A stretch of DNA of 64,000 bases from Felis catus (lineage: Eukaryota): contig NC_058368.1 in NCBI RefSeq assembly GCF_018350175.1, positions 25,484,001 to 25,548,000 of the forward strand. The letters are read 5' to 3'. Shown piece by piece: positions 1 through 13,548 of this stretch. Positions within the stretch are counted from its first letter, which is position 1. Each line of letters begins with the position of its first letter. The notes below the pieces were generated by a model. The model ran no database searches. It saw only the letters and a list, made by a program, of their open reading frames with translations, and was not told the DNA's origin. A program made the position numbers and the translations under genes.

Positions 1-1633
1 TGTTAAAGAATGAACATAGGTTGGGGATGAGACTAAGGGAATTCTAGTTTCCGGCTCTGCTGGTCACTAGCTCTGAGTCCAGATCTCAATTTCCTAAAAC
101 AAAACGTACGTGTTTATAGCAATACGCCACCAAGCGGCCTGTTCACACCCGCCCAAATCACACAGATAGTCCCTGCGCTGCCGAAGGTCACCTCGCTGGT
201 GCGCAAGAGGGCAGGCCTGGGCCGGAGGACACACGCAGTCACCTGCAGCCGGGAGCTTTCAGCCGCTCCAGCCCGAGTCAAGTACATCAGGCAATGCGTG
301 TCTTCCACTCTGCGGCGGCCTCATTTTATGCTACCTAATTCGTGTTCTGGGGGATGGTTTTAATCCATGATGTGTGCAAATGCTATTGCAGGGTTGCCAT
401 AGAGAAACTAAGTTCACTTGCTGGACATTAAAAGACCCGTGTCGCGGTGGTTTGAGAAGCCTTTCAGGAAAGGGTGGAGGGAAAGAGACTTATGACTGCC
501 TTCTGACATGAAGACCATGGGCGTGGACGTCACAGCAGCCAGGGAACCGAGGGGCAGACGGGGGATCTGGCAAGGAAAGAAAGAAACTGGAGGCACAGTG
601 GGACTTCAGGGGACTGAGCAACTGCTAGAAACCCACCTCCGGCGAGTGTCCGTGAACGTGGACTTGAACCTCTGCTCGAGTTAATTCCGCCTACAGCACT
701 CACTCAGCTGGCATTTCCACCGCCAGGGACCAGAGCGGTTGTATGTGCACAGCATGGAAATTGTTAGCACATACCAATGGGAAATCTAATATAACGGAGC
801 CCTGGCACGAGGTCTGAAACGGGGCCCTCCTCCCCCGACACAAAGCAGGTCCCCTCCTTGCTCCCATCAGCAGGGATGGTGGGGAGGGGAGGTCTTGGTG
901 ATCTCTGACTGACTGTTGTGGGTCGAGACAGGGTGTGGAGCTCCCAGTTTTAAAACTAACGGCCTCGCCTGTGAACTTTTGTGTGTGTGAATAAAACCAA
1001 AACGACAAAAAAAGCAAAAACACGTCTCTTCTTTTTCAAATTAAATACCTTTCATGATTACATCATGGCATAACATGCAGATACTCAACCAGCCTAATCT
1101 CCATCCTTTATTTCAAAAAAATTATTTTATAGAGAGTGTGTGTGTGAGTGGGGGAAGAGAGGCAGAGAGGGAGAGGGACAGGGACAGGGAGAGAGAATGA
1201 ATCTTAAGCAGGCTCCCAGATCAGTGCAGAGGCCCACATGGGGCTCGTTCCCTCCACCCTCAGATCATGACCCCAGCAGAAATCAAGAGTCGGAGGCTTA
1301 ACCGACTGAGCCACCCAGGCGCCCCTATATCCTGTATTTTTAAATTTTCATCTGCAAATTTCATTACGTGTGACTGGCATTTTGTTCAATACAACTGGCA
1401 ACCCCAAGCAAAGGAAGGAGAAGAAAAAACAATTTTTTTTCACTTTTTATATATTTATTTATACTCCCTTACTGGGATGTGAGCTTACTAGAGAAGAGCT
1501 GTGGCCATCAAGTCCAGGGATGCTGCTGGTTCCGCGGTCCTGGGTCCCCGCTTCCCTTCCCTTGGCCTCTCAGCCCCAATTCTACCCCCTGGGAGTTAGT
1601 GGTTCTGGTACGTTGTGGCCGCTGCGCTCAGGG

Positions 1634-1650
1634 GCGCCCCCAGGTGGCGG
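1634..1650. promoter_or_regulatory. Candidate CTCF site within a CpG-rich patch (~1520-1990)
   Basis: GCGCCCCCAGGTGGCGG, close to the CTCF core GCGCCCCCTGGTGG. Confidence 0.55.
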
Positions 1651-2196
1651 CGGCTGCTCCGCGGGGCCCGTGCTCGAGCGCCTGGCCGGCTCACCCCCTA
1701 CACCCGCCACAGGCACAGGCGGGAGGAGCCCAGGCTGTCCCCGGACCAAGGCTGGGTCTCTGGCCCAGGGCAACCCCGCCCACGTCTGTGTGAGAAGCGC
1801 GGAGACAGCCCCGGCGCATCGGTAATGGGCTGCTTGGGGACTCCTGTCCACTCCTGGCGGATTGCAAGCGGTCACGGCCCACCTCCCCGCTGGAGAACAC
1901 AGTCTCGAGGTCTCTTCATTTATTCCACAGTTGTCGCTTGAGACCCACCACTCATCGCTGCGAGGCTTACCCCAGGGTCTGCGGTCCAGATTTTTGCCTG
2001 TTCTTGCATCTGTGCCCCCACCATGCCCCACAGCCTGACCACCAAAGGGTGTACCCTGGATCTCTTCTGCATGTGAATATGGGCAAGTTGAGCCTCTGCG
2101 CCTCAGTGCCCTGATATGAAAATGTGTACTAAATAAAATAATAAAAGTACTTGCGGTATAGGATGTGTGGTGAGGATAAACTAAGACCATATATAT

Positions 2197-2197
2197 G

Positions 2198-2242
<45 letters not shown>
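2197..2242 (+). repeat. (GT)n microsatellite (other dinucleotide runs near 16333-16370, 26388-26438, 29842-29873, 51000-51048, 53302-53369, 53962-54026)
   Basis: Read directly. Confidence 0.92.
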
Positions 2243-2245
<3 letters not shown>

Positions 2246-4537
2246 GTCAGACATGGGAGGCGCTCAGTAAGGTTGAGCTATTGAAGAAGGGAGGGAAGAG
2301 GAGAAGGAAGAAAGGGAGAGGGAGGAGAAAATTTCAAGTTGTTTAGATTTCAATCCCTCTGGAATTCTCCAGGCTGATCTTCCAAAGCCGCCAAGACTTG
2401 GGTCACAGCTGTACCTCCGCCTGTGAGCATCTTCCAGCAATGCATTGAGCACATTCCAAGGATAACTTCCTCAGCTGCTTTCCAACCATTTTTCTGTGCC
2501 ACACCCCAGAGATCTGATGCAGTCCCAAGGGGGGGGGGGGGGCGGGATATCTATTTCAACCTGGTTCTCAAGTGGCCTGGGGCTCCAGAGAGGGAAGGTC
2601 ACTGGATTGAGAAGCCCTGATTTTGATGGCCACCCCATAAGGAATCATTCCATAAGGAATCATCTGCCCCCATAAGGAATCATTGTCATACATCACAGTG
2701 ATCCAAAGTGTGTGCCTTGCATCTGAGCCCACGACAGTTATGGGGGCCTCTTCCCTCAGCCTCCTGGTGATCTCGGCAGTTTTCATAAAGTCACAGTGAC
2801 TTCAGCCTTCATTCTCAGAGTACAAATCGCGCAAACCAGTACTTGGCTGCATTCCCAAACGAGGGCCTTGACCTCCTAAAGAATAGAATTTAGAGCTGGC
2901 AGAGAATCTAAAGGCCATATGCTCAAACCCCTCCATTCCACAGAGGAGCAAACGGGTATACAGAGGTGAGGTGACCAGCCCAAGGTCCTACAGGTGGTGA
3001 ACGTCAACGCCACAGCTAGAACTCAGACAACCTGCCTTCTGCAGCTGATGCTTTTCATACCACCTCAGAGCTCCTCCAAGTCGAGAGACGTACAAAGCCC
3101 TTTAAGAAAAATTCAGATGCCCACCACTGACGCAAATAGTTGTAAGATGTTGCTTAAGCGTGCCTAAGAAAATACTTGCCATGAGCTTTGTATGTTTACA
3201 TCAAAATACAAAGTTATGGCAATAAAAGTTTAAAGCAATAAAATCAAAGTTACATAGGGGCGCCTGGGTGGCTCAGTCGGTTGGGCGTCCGACTTCAGCT
3301 CAGGTCACCATCTCATCGTTTGTGGGTTCGAGCCCCGCATCGGGCTCTGGGCTGACAGCTCAGAGCCTGGAGCCTGCTTTGGATTCTGTGTCTCCTTCTC
3401 TCTCCGCCCCTCACACTCTCTCTCTCTCTTAAAAAATGAATAAACATTAAAAAAAAATTTTTTTTAATACTATCATTTTTTTAATCTCTGGTCCTTTTTT
3501 ATAATCTTCCTGGTTCTTTTTTATATAGTGTTTCTTTCCCTGTCTGGGGTACTCCTTCCATTTCATTAATTTATTTCTGCCTAAGAGACATGCTGTTACC
3601 TTTCTCTGAATATTATCCTTTAAGAAGGGCAAGTCCAGGGTGCCACAGCAGCATATGATGGCAAGCTGGGCCTCAGCCAGAGAAGCGCACCCTGGGAAAG
3701 ACATGACAGCTGAGCACTGAGGGTCCCTAGTTACTTGGAGCCGTCCCCCAACTGCCAGACCCTCTCCAGGCCCAACCACAGCTCCACAATATCTTCCATC
3801 ATTCTTGGACACGGAACATCTGGTTGCTCCCTGCACCACGCTGGGCCGCTGTGAGGAGTCTCTGAAGCTGCCTCCGGGATTTTGCAGGTATTTCTGCCCC
3901 ACTGTCTAACACCACTGCAGCTCGGGAGTACTCTCGGATTTTTCCATTTCCTCCCACCGTTAAAAAAAAAAAAAAAAAGATGTTTGGTGGGGGGAGGCGC
4001 CAGGGTGGCTCAGTGTCAAAGGACTCAGCAGTGTCAAAGGGCTCCAGGTCTACGATGGAGCCGAGATCTCGGAACTGGGCGAGAGGCCAGGACTCGACTA
4101 TGGAGGCCGAAATCAGATCTCTGCTGACCTGACAATTTCCGATTACGTAAATCAAATTACGTTTTAGCGGGCTGACCACCTATTCCGTTCGTAGGACGGC
4201 ATCAGAGATCCTCACAAGTCACAGCGTTCTACGGGCCACTGTGGACCTGTTGCCATCTGCAGGAATCACGCCCAGTGTCCCTGGTGTTAAACGCGGTCAC
4301 TTGGCCTCTTAACTCGGAATCCACTTAAGTGGCAGCACTTCTCATTGCCATTCTCAGCCTGCAGAGGACACCCACCGCGAAGTTTCTAAAGGAAGTGACT
4401 GCTCCCATCAGCACATCTCCTAATACCCCGCTGAAGGGAAGGGAGTATTTTCGGGGCCCTCCTCGGGAGACACGGTCAGGGGAAGAATTTTTTACAATCT
4501 TTGTGTGGAGGCCCACAAACAATGCAAGATAATCAGG

Positions 4538-4968
4538 GCTGCAGTAGATTGTATAACTACGTGTTAAAATGTCCTTGCCTGTGATGGCCTTTTTTTTTTT
4601 TTTTTGGATGTTCCCGGCCCAGGAGGATAACGCATGCTTATCTTGTGGAACTTTTATCTTGTGGAACTCTGGCGTGGCCACGTGACTTTCTTTGGCCAAT
4701 GAAATGTGAGAAGCGATGCGTCTCGCTTCCAAGTAGACACTTGGAGCCTGTGTGCGCTTCACTATGATCTCTTTCCTCTGTGCCACAGACCAACCATATA
4801 CCAAAATAAGTTCCATCAGCTTGGGTCCAGGGAAAACAAGGTAGAGCAGAGCCGCAGTTGATCTGTAATGAACGCATAGTTGTGTTTAAGAGATGAATCT
4901 TTGTTACAAGCCACCGAGATGTTGGGGTTATTTGTTCCTGCAGCATCACCTAATCTATCCTGATACAA
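4538..4968 (+). mobile_element. MaLR (MLT1-type) LTR
   Basis: gccacgtgactttctttggccaatgaaatgtgag; ends ttgttcctgcagcatcacctaatctatcctgataca. Confidence 0.7.
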
Positions 4969-4974
4969 ATGGAA

Positions 4975-5200
4975 ACATTTACATAGAGTTTTTCCAATGT
5001 GCCCTCCTACTTGACAGATGTTAACTCTTCTCATTTTCACCAGGAGTCTATGAAGTCCTATTATTATCCCAATTTCGCAGAGGAGGAGAATGAAGCACAG
5101 AGAGGTTAAGTAACTTGCCCAGAGACACGCAGCAAGCAAGCAGCAGAACTAAGATTCGGATCTGAACAGCTGAGCTCCACAATGCATAATCTGATGAACC
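4975..5200 (+). mobile_element. MIR (others near 2880-3050, 23590-23730, 40040-40190, 59990-60100)
   Basis: MIR core: cccaatttcgcagaggaggagaatgaagcacagagaggttaagtaacttgccc. Confidence 0.7.
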
Positions 5201-5214
5201 CACCACGTCCCCAA

Positions 5215-6875
5215 ATCAGAAGCCATAAAAAAAATTTTTTTTGATAAATTTGACTAAAAAAACAAAGTTCTAGATGGTTAAAAAGAATACTGTATTCGGG
5301 GCGCCTGGGTGGCGCAGTCGGTTAAGCGTCCGACTTCAGCCAGGTCACGATCTCGCGGTCCGTGAGTTCGAGCCCCGCGTCAGGCTCTGGGCTGATGGCT
5401 CAGAGCCTGGAGCCTGTTTCGGATTCTGTGTCTCCCTCTCTCTCTGCCCCTCCCCCGTTCAGTTCATGCTCTGTCTCTCTCTGTCCCAAAAATAAATAAG
5501 CGTTGAAAACAAAAATTAAAAAAAAAAAAAAAGAATACTGTATTCAAAGTCAAAAACCAAATGACAAACTAAGAAAAAATACCTGGAAGTCACATCACGG
5601 ACAATAAGTGACAGCAAGGAAAGGGCAAACAACTGAAAAGAAACATGAATATATAGAAATACAAATCCATAAAAATATAAAAATGTAAGGGGCACCTTGG
5701 GGGGCTTAGTCGGTTGAATGTCTGACTCCAGCTCAGATCGTGATCTCACGGTTTGTGAGTTCATTTGTGAGTTAGAGGCCTGTACTGGGCTTGCTGTTGT
5801 CAGCACACAGCCCACTTCAGACTCTGTACCCCCCCTCCGCCTCCCCCCACTCACGCTCCCTCAAAAATGAATAAAACATTAAAATATATATATGTGAAAT
5901 ATAAACACTACTTTGCTAAGAAAGCATGCTTAATTTCATATAGATTAGCAAAGATCAGAAAGTTTGCTAATTCAGAAAGTTTGCTAATACTCTCATATTA
6001 AATACAGAAGTGTTAACTGGCCCAGCCTTTGTGGAGCGTAATTCAGTAGTCGCTATCAAAATTACAATAACTCTGACCCAGTACTTCGTTCTTGGGAAAT
6101 ATTTGCAGACGTGAAGAAAATGATAAATATACACAGATTCTTTTTTTTTCTTTTTTTTTATGGAGAGAAAGAGAGAGAGAGAGAGAGAGGGAAAGCACGA
6201 GCAAATGGGGAGGGGCAGAGGGAGAGGGAGAATCCCAAGCAGGCTCCACACGCAGCAAGGAACCCCCTGCAGGGATTCATCTCACGATCACGAGATCATG
6301 ACCTGAGCCAAAATCAAGAGTCAGACGTTTAACCGACTGAGCCCCCCAGGTGCCCCAATATACAAAGATTCTTAATGTACCATTTTTGAAGTAGCAAAAG
6401 AATTGGAAACAATTCCCTACTGATGAAACAATATGCCACAACCCCAGAGTAGTATGCAAATTAGTCTTTAAAAAGAATGAAGTAGTTCTAGGGGCGCCTG
6501 GGTGGCTCAGTCAGTTACGCGTCTGACTTTGGCCCAGGTCACAATCTCACAGTTCGCGAGTCGATACCACATCAGGGTCTCTACTTTCAGTGCAGAGCCC
6601 ACTTTGGATCCTCTATCTCCCTCTCTCTCTGCCCTGCCCCCCCATCTCTCTCTCTCTCTCTCTCAAAAATAAACATTAAAAAAAAGAAAATAATACATTC
6701 CTCTGGAAGGATACACACGCACACGCAAAGGTAGCCAGTTGCCTCTGCAGATAAAAAAAAAAAAAATGATAGGGGGTGGGGAGCACAGGGCAAGAGGACT
6801 TTTTTGCATAACTTCTGGTATCTTTTGAACTTTGTCCTGTCTACATGTATTACCGAAAATGATTTATTTTTACAA
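5215..6875 (+). mobile_element. Older L1 ORF2-end/3' fragments interrupted by SINEs
   Basis: A-rich L1-like tracts (aaagtcaaaaaccaaatgacaaact, aaaagaattggaaacaa, aaaaagaatgaagtag). Confidence 0.5.
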
Positions 6876-9804
6876 AGAATACTCTTTGTACCATCACCCA
6901 CTAGATAAATATCAGGGTAGCTCAGAGTTCTTACTTTAATTGTTGAGAATGAAAGACAAATCAACCTTGACCAGATTAACTTGTCTTTAATCCTTCTTCC
7001 TTATTCTCTAAGGAAAAACACTGATTTCTACCGGTAGAGTATGGTATACGGTATTCAACTATGATATCACACTAGTTGTCCTCCCAGTGAGGAATAAATG
7101 AGGATATTCCCAGATAAAATCTGGGGGAGTCATGACAACTACACCTGCCCTAAAATAAGTGCCTAAGAGAATCCTACAAGGTGGAATGAAAGGACACTAG
7201 CCAGTAACTCAAAACCATTTGGAAAAATAAAGATCTCAACAAAGGTAAGTACATGAGTAATAAAAAGTTAGTATTATTATTTAAAGAAAAAATTTTGTGT
7301 TCTTAAAATTTTTTATTTATTTGAGAGAGAGAGAGAGAGAGAGAGCGAGCGCACATGAGTGCAGGAGGGGCAGAGAGACAGGGGAAGAGAGAGAATCCCA
7401 AGCAGGCTCTGTGCCATCAGCATGGAGCCCGACAGGGGGCTCGATCTCACAAACCATGAGATCATGACTTGAGCCGTGATCAAGAGTCAGACACTCAATC
7501 GACTGAGCCACCCAGCTGTTCCTTAAAGAAAAAAAAATTTTTTTTAAATTTTTTTTAACGTTTATTTATTTTTGAGACAGAGAGAGACAGAGCATGAAGG
7601 GGGGAGGGGCAGAGAGAGAGGGAGACACAGAATCCGAAACAGGCTCCAGGCTCTGAGCAGTCAGCACAGAGCCCGACGCGGGGCTCGAACTCACGGACCG
7701 TGAGATCATGACCTGAGCCGAAGTTGGTCACTTAACTGACTGAGCCACCCAGGCGCCCCAAAAAAATTTTAAATTATTAGTGTAAGAGCTGGCATTACTG
7801 TGACCTTGGCTTATAACTCCATTATCTTATTTTGTACATGATTTAAGAGACTAATGCATTTTTTAAAAGCACTGGTTTGTTTTAGACCCACAATGTATAA
7901 AGTAATTTGTGACATCAACAACCAAAGGGCTGGGGACAGAGTTGTAAAGAAGTAGATAGAGTTTTTGTACATTATTGAAATTAAGCTAGTATAAATTCAA
8001 ATTAAAGTGTTATAATTTTAGCCTGTTAAATGCAATCTCCATGGTAACCACAAAGAATATTTCTATAGAATATACATAAAAGGAAATGAGAAAAGAATTT
8101 GAATATATTACTACAAGGAGTCAAGTAAACACAAAAGAAGACAGTAATGCAGGAAATGAGGGACAAAAAGTTATGAGGCATAAAGAAAACAAATAACATA
8201 ATGACAGAAGTCCTTCCTTATTAATAATTACTTTAAATGTAAATGGATTAAACTGTTACTCAAAAGACAAAGATTGGAAGAATGGCTTTAAAATACAAGA
8301 TCCAAATATATGCTGTATACAAGAGACTCACTGGAGATCCAAAGACCAAACAGGCTGAAAGTAAAAGGAAGAGAAAAAAGAAAGTAAAAGGAAGAAGATA
8401 TTCCATACAAATAGGAACCAAAGAGAGCAAGTGGGCTATATTAACATCAGACAAAATAGTCAAAAGCACTTACAAGAGAAAAAGAAAGATGTTATATATT
8501 AATACAAGGTTTAATAAGGTAAGATGATATATAACAATTACAAACATTTACACACCTAATGACAAATCATCAAAATTGTTGAAGCAAAAACTGACAGAAT
8601 TGAAGGGAGAGATAGACAGTTCTGCAATAATAATTGGAAGTTGGAGACTTCAATATCCCATTTACAATAATGGATAAGACAATCAAACAGAAAATAGATA
8701 AGGAAATAAAGGTCTTTTTTTTTTTTAAGTTTATTTATTTGAGAGAAAGCAGGCACGTGCACCAGAGAGAGGCAAAGAAAAAGAGAAAGACAATCCCAAG
8801 CAGGATCCGCACTGTCAGCACAGAGCCTGAAATAGGGCTCGACCTCAGGAACCATGAGATCATGACCTGAACTAAACCTAAGTCAGCTGCTTAACTGACT
8901 GAAGCACCCAGGCGCCCTAAGGAAATAAGGTCTTAACACAATAAACCAACTAGAGCTAACAGGCATATATAGAACACTCTCCCCAACAAGAGAATACACA
9001 TTCTTTTTAAGTGCGCTTGAAACAACATTTTCCAGGATAACCATATGTTAAATTACAAATTAAGTCTCAGTAGATTTAGAAAACTAAATGTCATACAAAG
9101 CTCTTCTCTGGCCACAGTGGGATGAAATTTGAAACCAATAACAAGGGAAGGCTCACTGGTGCAGTCGGTGGAGTGTGGAACTCTCAATCTCGGGGTTGTG
9201 AGTTCAAGCCCCACACCCGGTGTAGAGATAACTTAGAATCTTTAAAAAGAAAAAAAGAAAAAGAAACCAACGACAAAACTGAAAAATTCACAAAATTATA
9301 GAAATTAAACAATACAGGGCACCTGGAAGCATCCGATTCTTGATTTCCGCTCAGGTCGTGATCTCAGTTTGTGAGATGGAGCCCTGCCTCAGGTTCCACA
9401 CTGACAGCACAGAGTCTGCTCGGGATTCTCCCTCTCCCTCTCTCTCTGCCCCCTCCCACTCACACACTCTCTCTCTCCCTCAAAATAAATAAACTTAAAA
9501 AAAAAAACTGAACACCACACTTTTTTTTTTTTTAATTTTTTTTTTCAACATTTATTTATTTTTGGGACAGAGAGAGACAGAGCATGAACGGGGGAGGGGC
9601 AGAGAGAGAGGGAGACACAGAGTCGGAAACAGGCTCCAGGCTCCGAGCCATCAGCCCAGAGCCCGACGCGGGGCTCGAACTCACGGACCGCGAGATCGTG
9701 ACCTGGCTGAAGTCGGACGCTTAACCGACTGCGCCACCCAGGCGCCCCTGAACACCACACTTTTAAGCCACTAGTGGATCAAAGAAATCAGAAGGGAAAT
9801 TAGA

Positions 9805-10496
<692 letters not shown>

Positions 10497-10893
10497 GCAG
10501 GGGGGGATTAGAAATATTTGGAGACAAAAATGAAAATACAACTTGGAAAAACACATAGGACACAGTGAAAGTGGTACAATGGGGGAAATTTATAGCTACA
10601 AACACATTTAAAAACAAGAAAAATTTTAAATCTACAACAACCTAACTTTACAACTTGCAGAACTAGAAAAAGAAGAAAGAATTAAACTCAAAGGTAGCAG
10701 AAAGAAGGAGATAATAAAGACTAGCGCAGGGGCACCTGGGTGGCTCAGTCAGTTAAGAGTTTGACTTCGGCTCAGGTCATGATCTAACGGTTTGTGGGTT
10801 CGAGCCCCGTGTCAGGCTCTGTGCTGACAGCTCAGAGCCCGGAGCCTGCTTTGGATTGTGTGTCTCCCTCTTTCTCTGGCCCTCCGCCACTCA

Positions 10894-10935
<42 letters not shown>

Positions 10936-13517
10936 AATAAACATTTAGGGGCGCCTGGGTGGCGCAGTCGGTTAAGCGTCCGACTTCACCCAGGTCACGA
11001 TCTCGCGGTCTGTGAGTTCGAGCCCCGCGTCGGGCTCTGGGCTGATGGCTCAGAGCCTGGAGCCTGTTTCTGATTCTGTGTCTCCCTCTCTCTCTGCCCC
11101 TCCCCCGTTCATGCTCTGTCTCTCTCTGTCCCAAAAATAAATAAACGTTGAAAAAAAAAAAATTTTTAAAAAAAAATAAACATTTAAAAAAGTAATAAAA
11201 ATAAAGACTAGAGCAGAGATAAATGAAAGAGATTAGAAAAATAGAGAAAACCAATGAAACCAGAAGTTGCTTCTTTGAAAACATTAATGAAATTTAGCTA
11301 GATAGACCTAGAAGAAAGACTAAAGTTACTAAAATCAGAAATGACAGTGAGGCCATTACTGATTCTACAGAAACAAAAAGAATTATAAGAGAATACTATG
11401 AACAACTGTACGCCAACAAATTAAATATTCTAGATGAAATAGACAAACTCCCAGGAGTACCAAGACTAAATCACAGAAAATCTGAATAGACCTATAACTA
11501 GTAAGGAAATTGAGTCAGTAATCAAAAAAAAGTCTCCTAAAAAGAAAAGCCCTGGGTCTCATGGTTTCACTGGTGAATTCTACCACGTATTTACCAATCC
11601 TCAAACTTTTCCAAAACATTGAAGAAGAGGAAACACTTCCTAACTCATTCTATGAGGCCAACATTACCCTGATGCCAAAGCCAGACATTACAAGAATAGA
11701 AAATTACCTATCAATATCCACTATGAACATTGATAAAATCTTCAAAATATGAGTAAACTGAATTCAGCAGCAGAGTAAAAGGATTATACATTATCACCAA
11801 GGAGAATCGATTCCTGTAATGCAAGGATGGTTTGATATACAAAAACTGATTGATATAATATGCCACATCAACAGAATGAAGGGGGAAAAAATGATCATCT
11901 CAATTGATGCAGAGAAAGGATTTGACAAAATTCGACACCCTTTTATGATAAAAACACCCAACAAACTAGTAATAGTTTCTTACTTCCTCAAAGTGATAAA
12001 AGCCGTATATAAAAATGCCACAAAGACTATCATACTCAGTGGCAAAAAACTGAAAGCTTTTCCTCTAAGATGAGGAACAAGGCAAGAAGGCCCACTTTCA
12101 CCACTTCTGCTCAACACAGTACTCAAAGTTCTAGCCAGAGCAATTAGGACACAAAAAGAAATAAAAGGCATCCAAACTGGGAAGGAAGAAGTGAAATTAT
12201 CTCCGTTTGCAGATGATTTGTAAAAAACCCTAAAGGGGCGCCTGGGTGGCGCAGTCGGTTAAGTGTCTGACTTCAGCCAGGTCACGATCTCGCGGTCCGT
12301 GAGTTCGAGCCCCGCGTCGGGCTCTGGGCTGATGGCTCGGAGCCTGGAGCCTGTTTCCGATTCTGTGTCTCCCTCTCTCTCTGCCCCTCCCCTGTTCATG
12401 CTCTGTCTCTCTCTGTCCCAAAAATAAATAAAAAGAAAAAAACCCTAAAGGCTTCACATGCACAGACCAAAAACAAAAAACAACAACAACAAAAAACTAT
12501 TAGAACCAATAAATGAATCAGAAAAGCAGCAGGATACAAAGCCAACACACAAAACTCAGTTGCATTCACAGGAACAATGAACAATCTGCAAAGGAAATTG
12601 TAAAAACAATTCCATTTACAATAGCATCAAAAAGAATAAAATGCTTGGGAATTAATTTAACCAAGGAGGTGAAAGACCTGGACAACTACAAAACACTGCT
12701 GAAAGAAATTAAAGGAGACATAAATAAATGGGAACATATCCCACGTTCATGGATTAGAAGATTTAATACTGTTAAAATGTCAATACTGCCCAAAGCAATC
12801 TAAGAGTCAATGCAATCCCTATCAAAATCCCAACAGTTTTTGCAGAAATAGAAAACCTCATCCTAAGATTCACATGGAATATCAAGACTCCAAAAAGCCA
12901 GAAAAATCTCAAAAAAGGACGAAACTGGAGGATTCACACTTCTTGATTTCAAATCCAACTACAAAGCTACAGTAATCAAAACAGCGTGTATTGACATAAA
13001 AATAAACAGACCACTGAAACGGAAAGCTCAGAAATAAATCCTCACACATACGTTCCAATGATTTTTGACAAGGGTGCTAAGACCATTCAACAGGGAAAAG
13101 ACAGTCTTCTTAAGAAATGGTGTCAGGGAAAGTAGATGTCCACATGCAAAAGGATGAAGTTAGACCCTTAACGAACATCATACACTGAAACTAACTCAAA
13201 ACAGGGGACCTGGCTGGCTCAGTTGGTGGAGCATATGACTCTTGATCTCGGGGTTGTGAGTTTGAGCCCATGGTAGGTGTAGAGATTGCTTAAAAAATAA
13301 AATCTTAGGGGCGCCTGGGTGGCTCAGTCGGTTGGGCGTCCGCCTTCGGCTCAGGTCATGATCTCACGGTCCGTGAGTTCGAGCCCCGTGTCGGGCTCTG
13401 TGCTGACAGCTCAGAGCCTGGAGCCTGCTTCAGATTCTGTGTCTCCCTCTCTCTCTGCCCCTCCCCCCGTTCATGCTCTGTCTCTCTCTGTCTCAAAAAT
13501 AAATAGACATTAAAAAA

Positions 13518-13548
<31 letters not shown>

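Noticed and set aside
1370..2190. ORFs of 100-200 aa in the CpG-rich patch
   Set aside because: Same GC artefact; no recognisable homology or exon structure.
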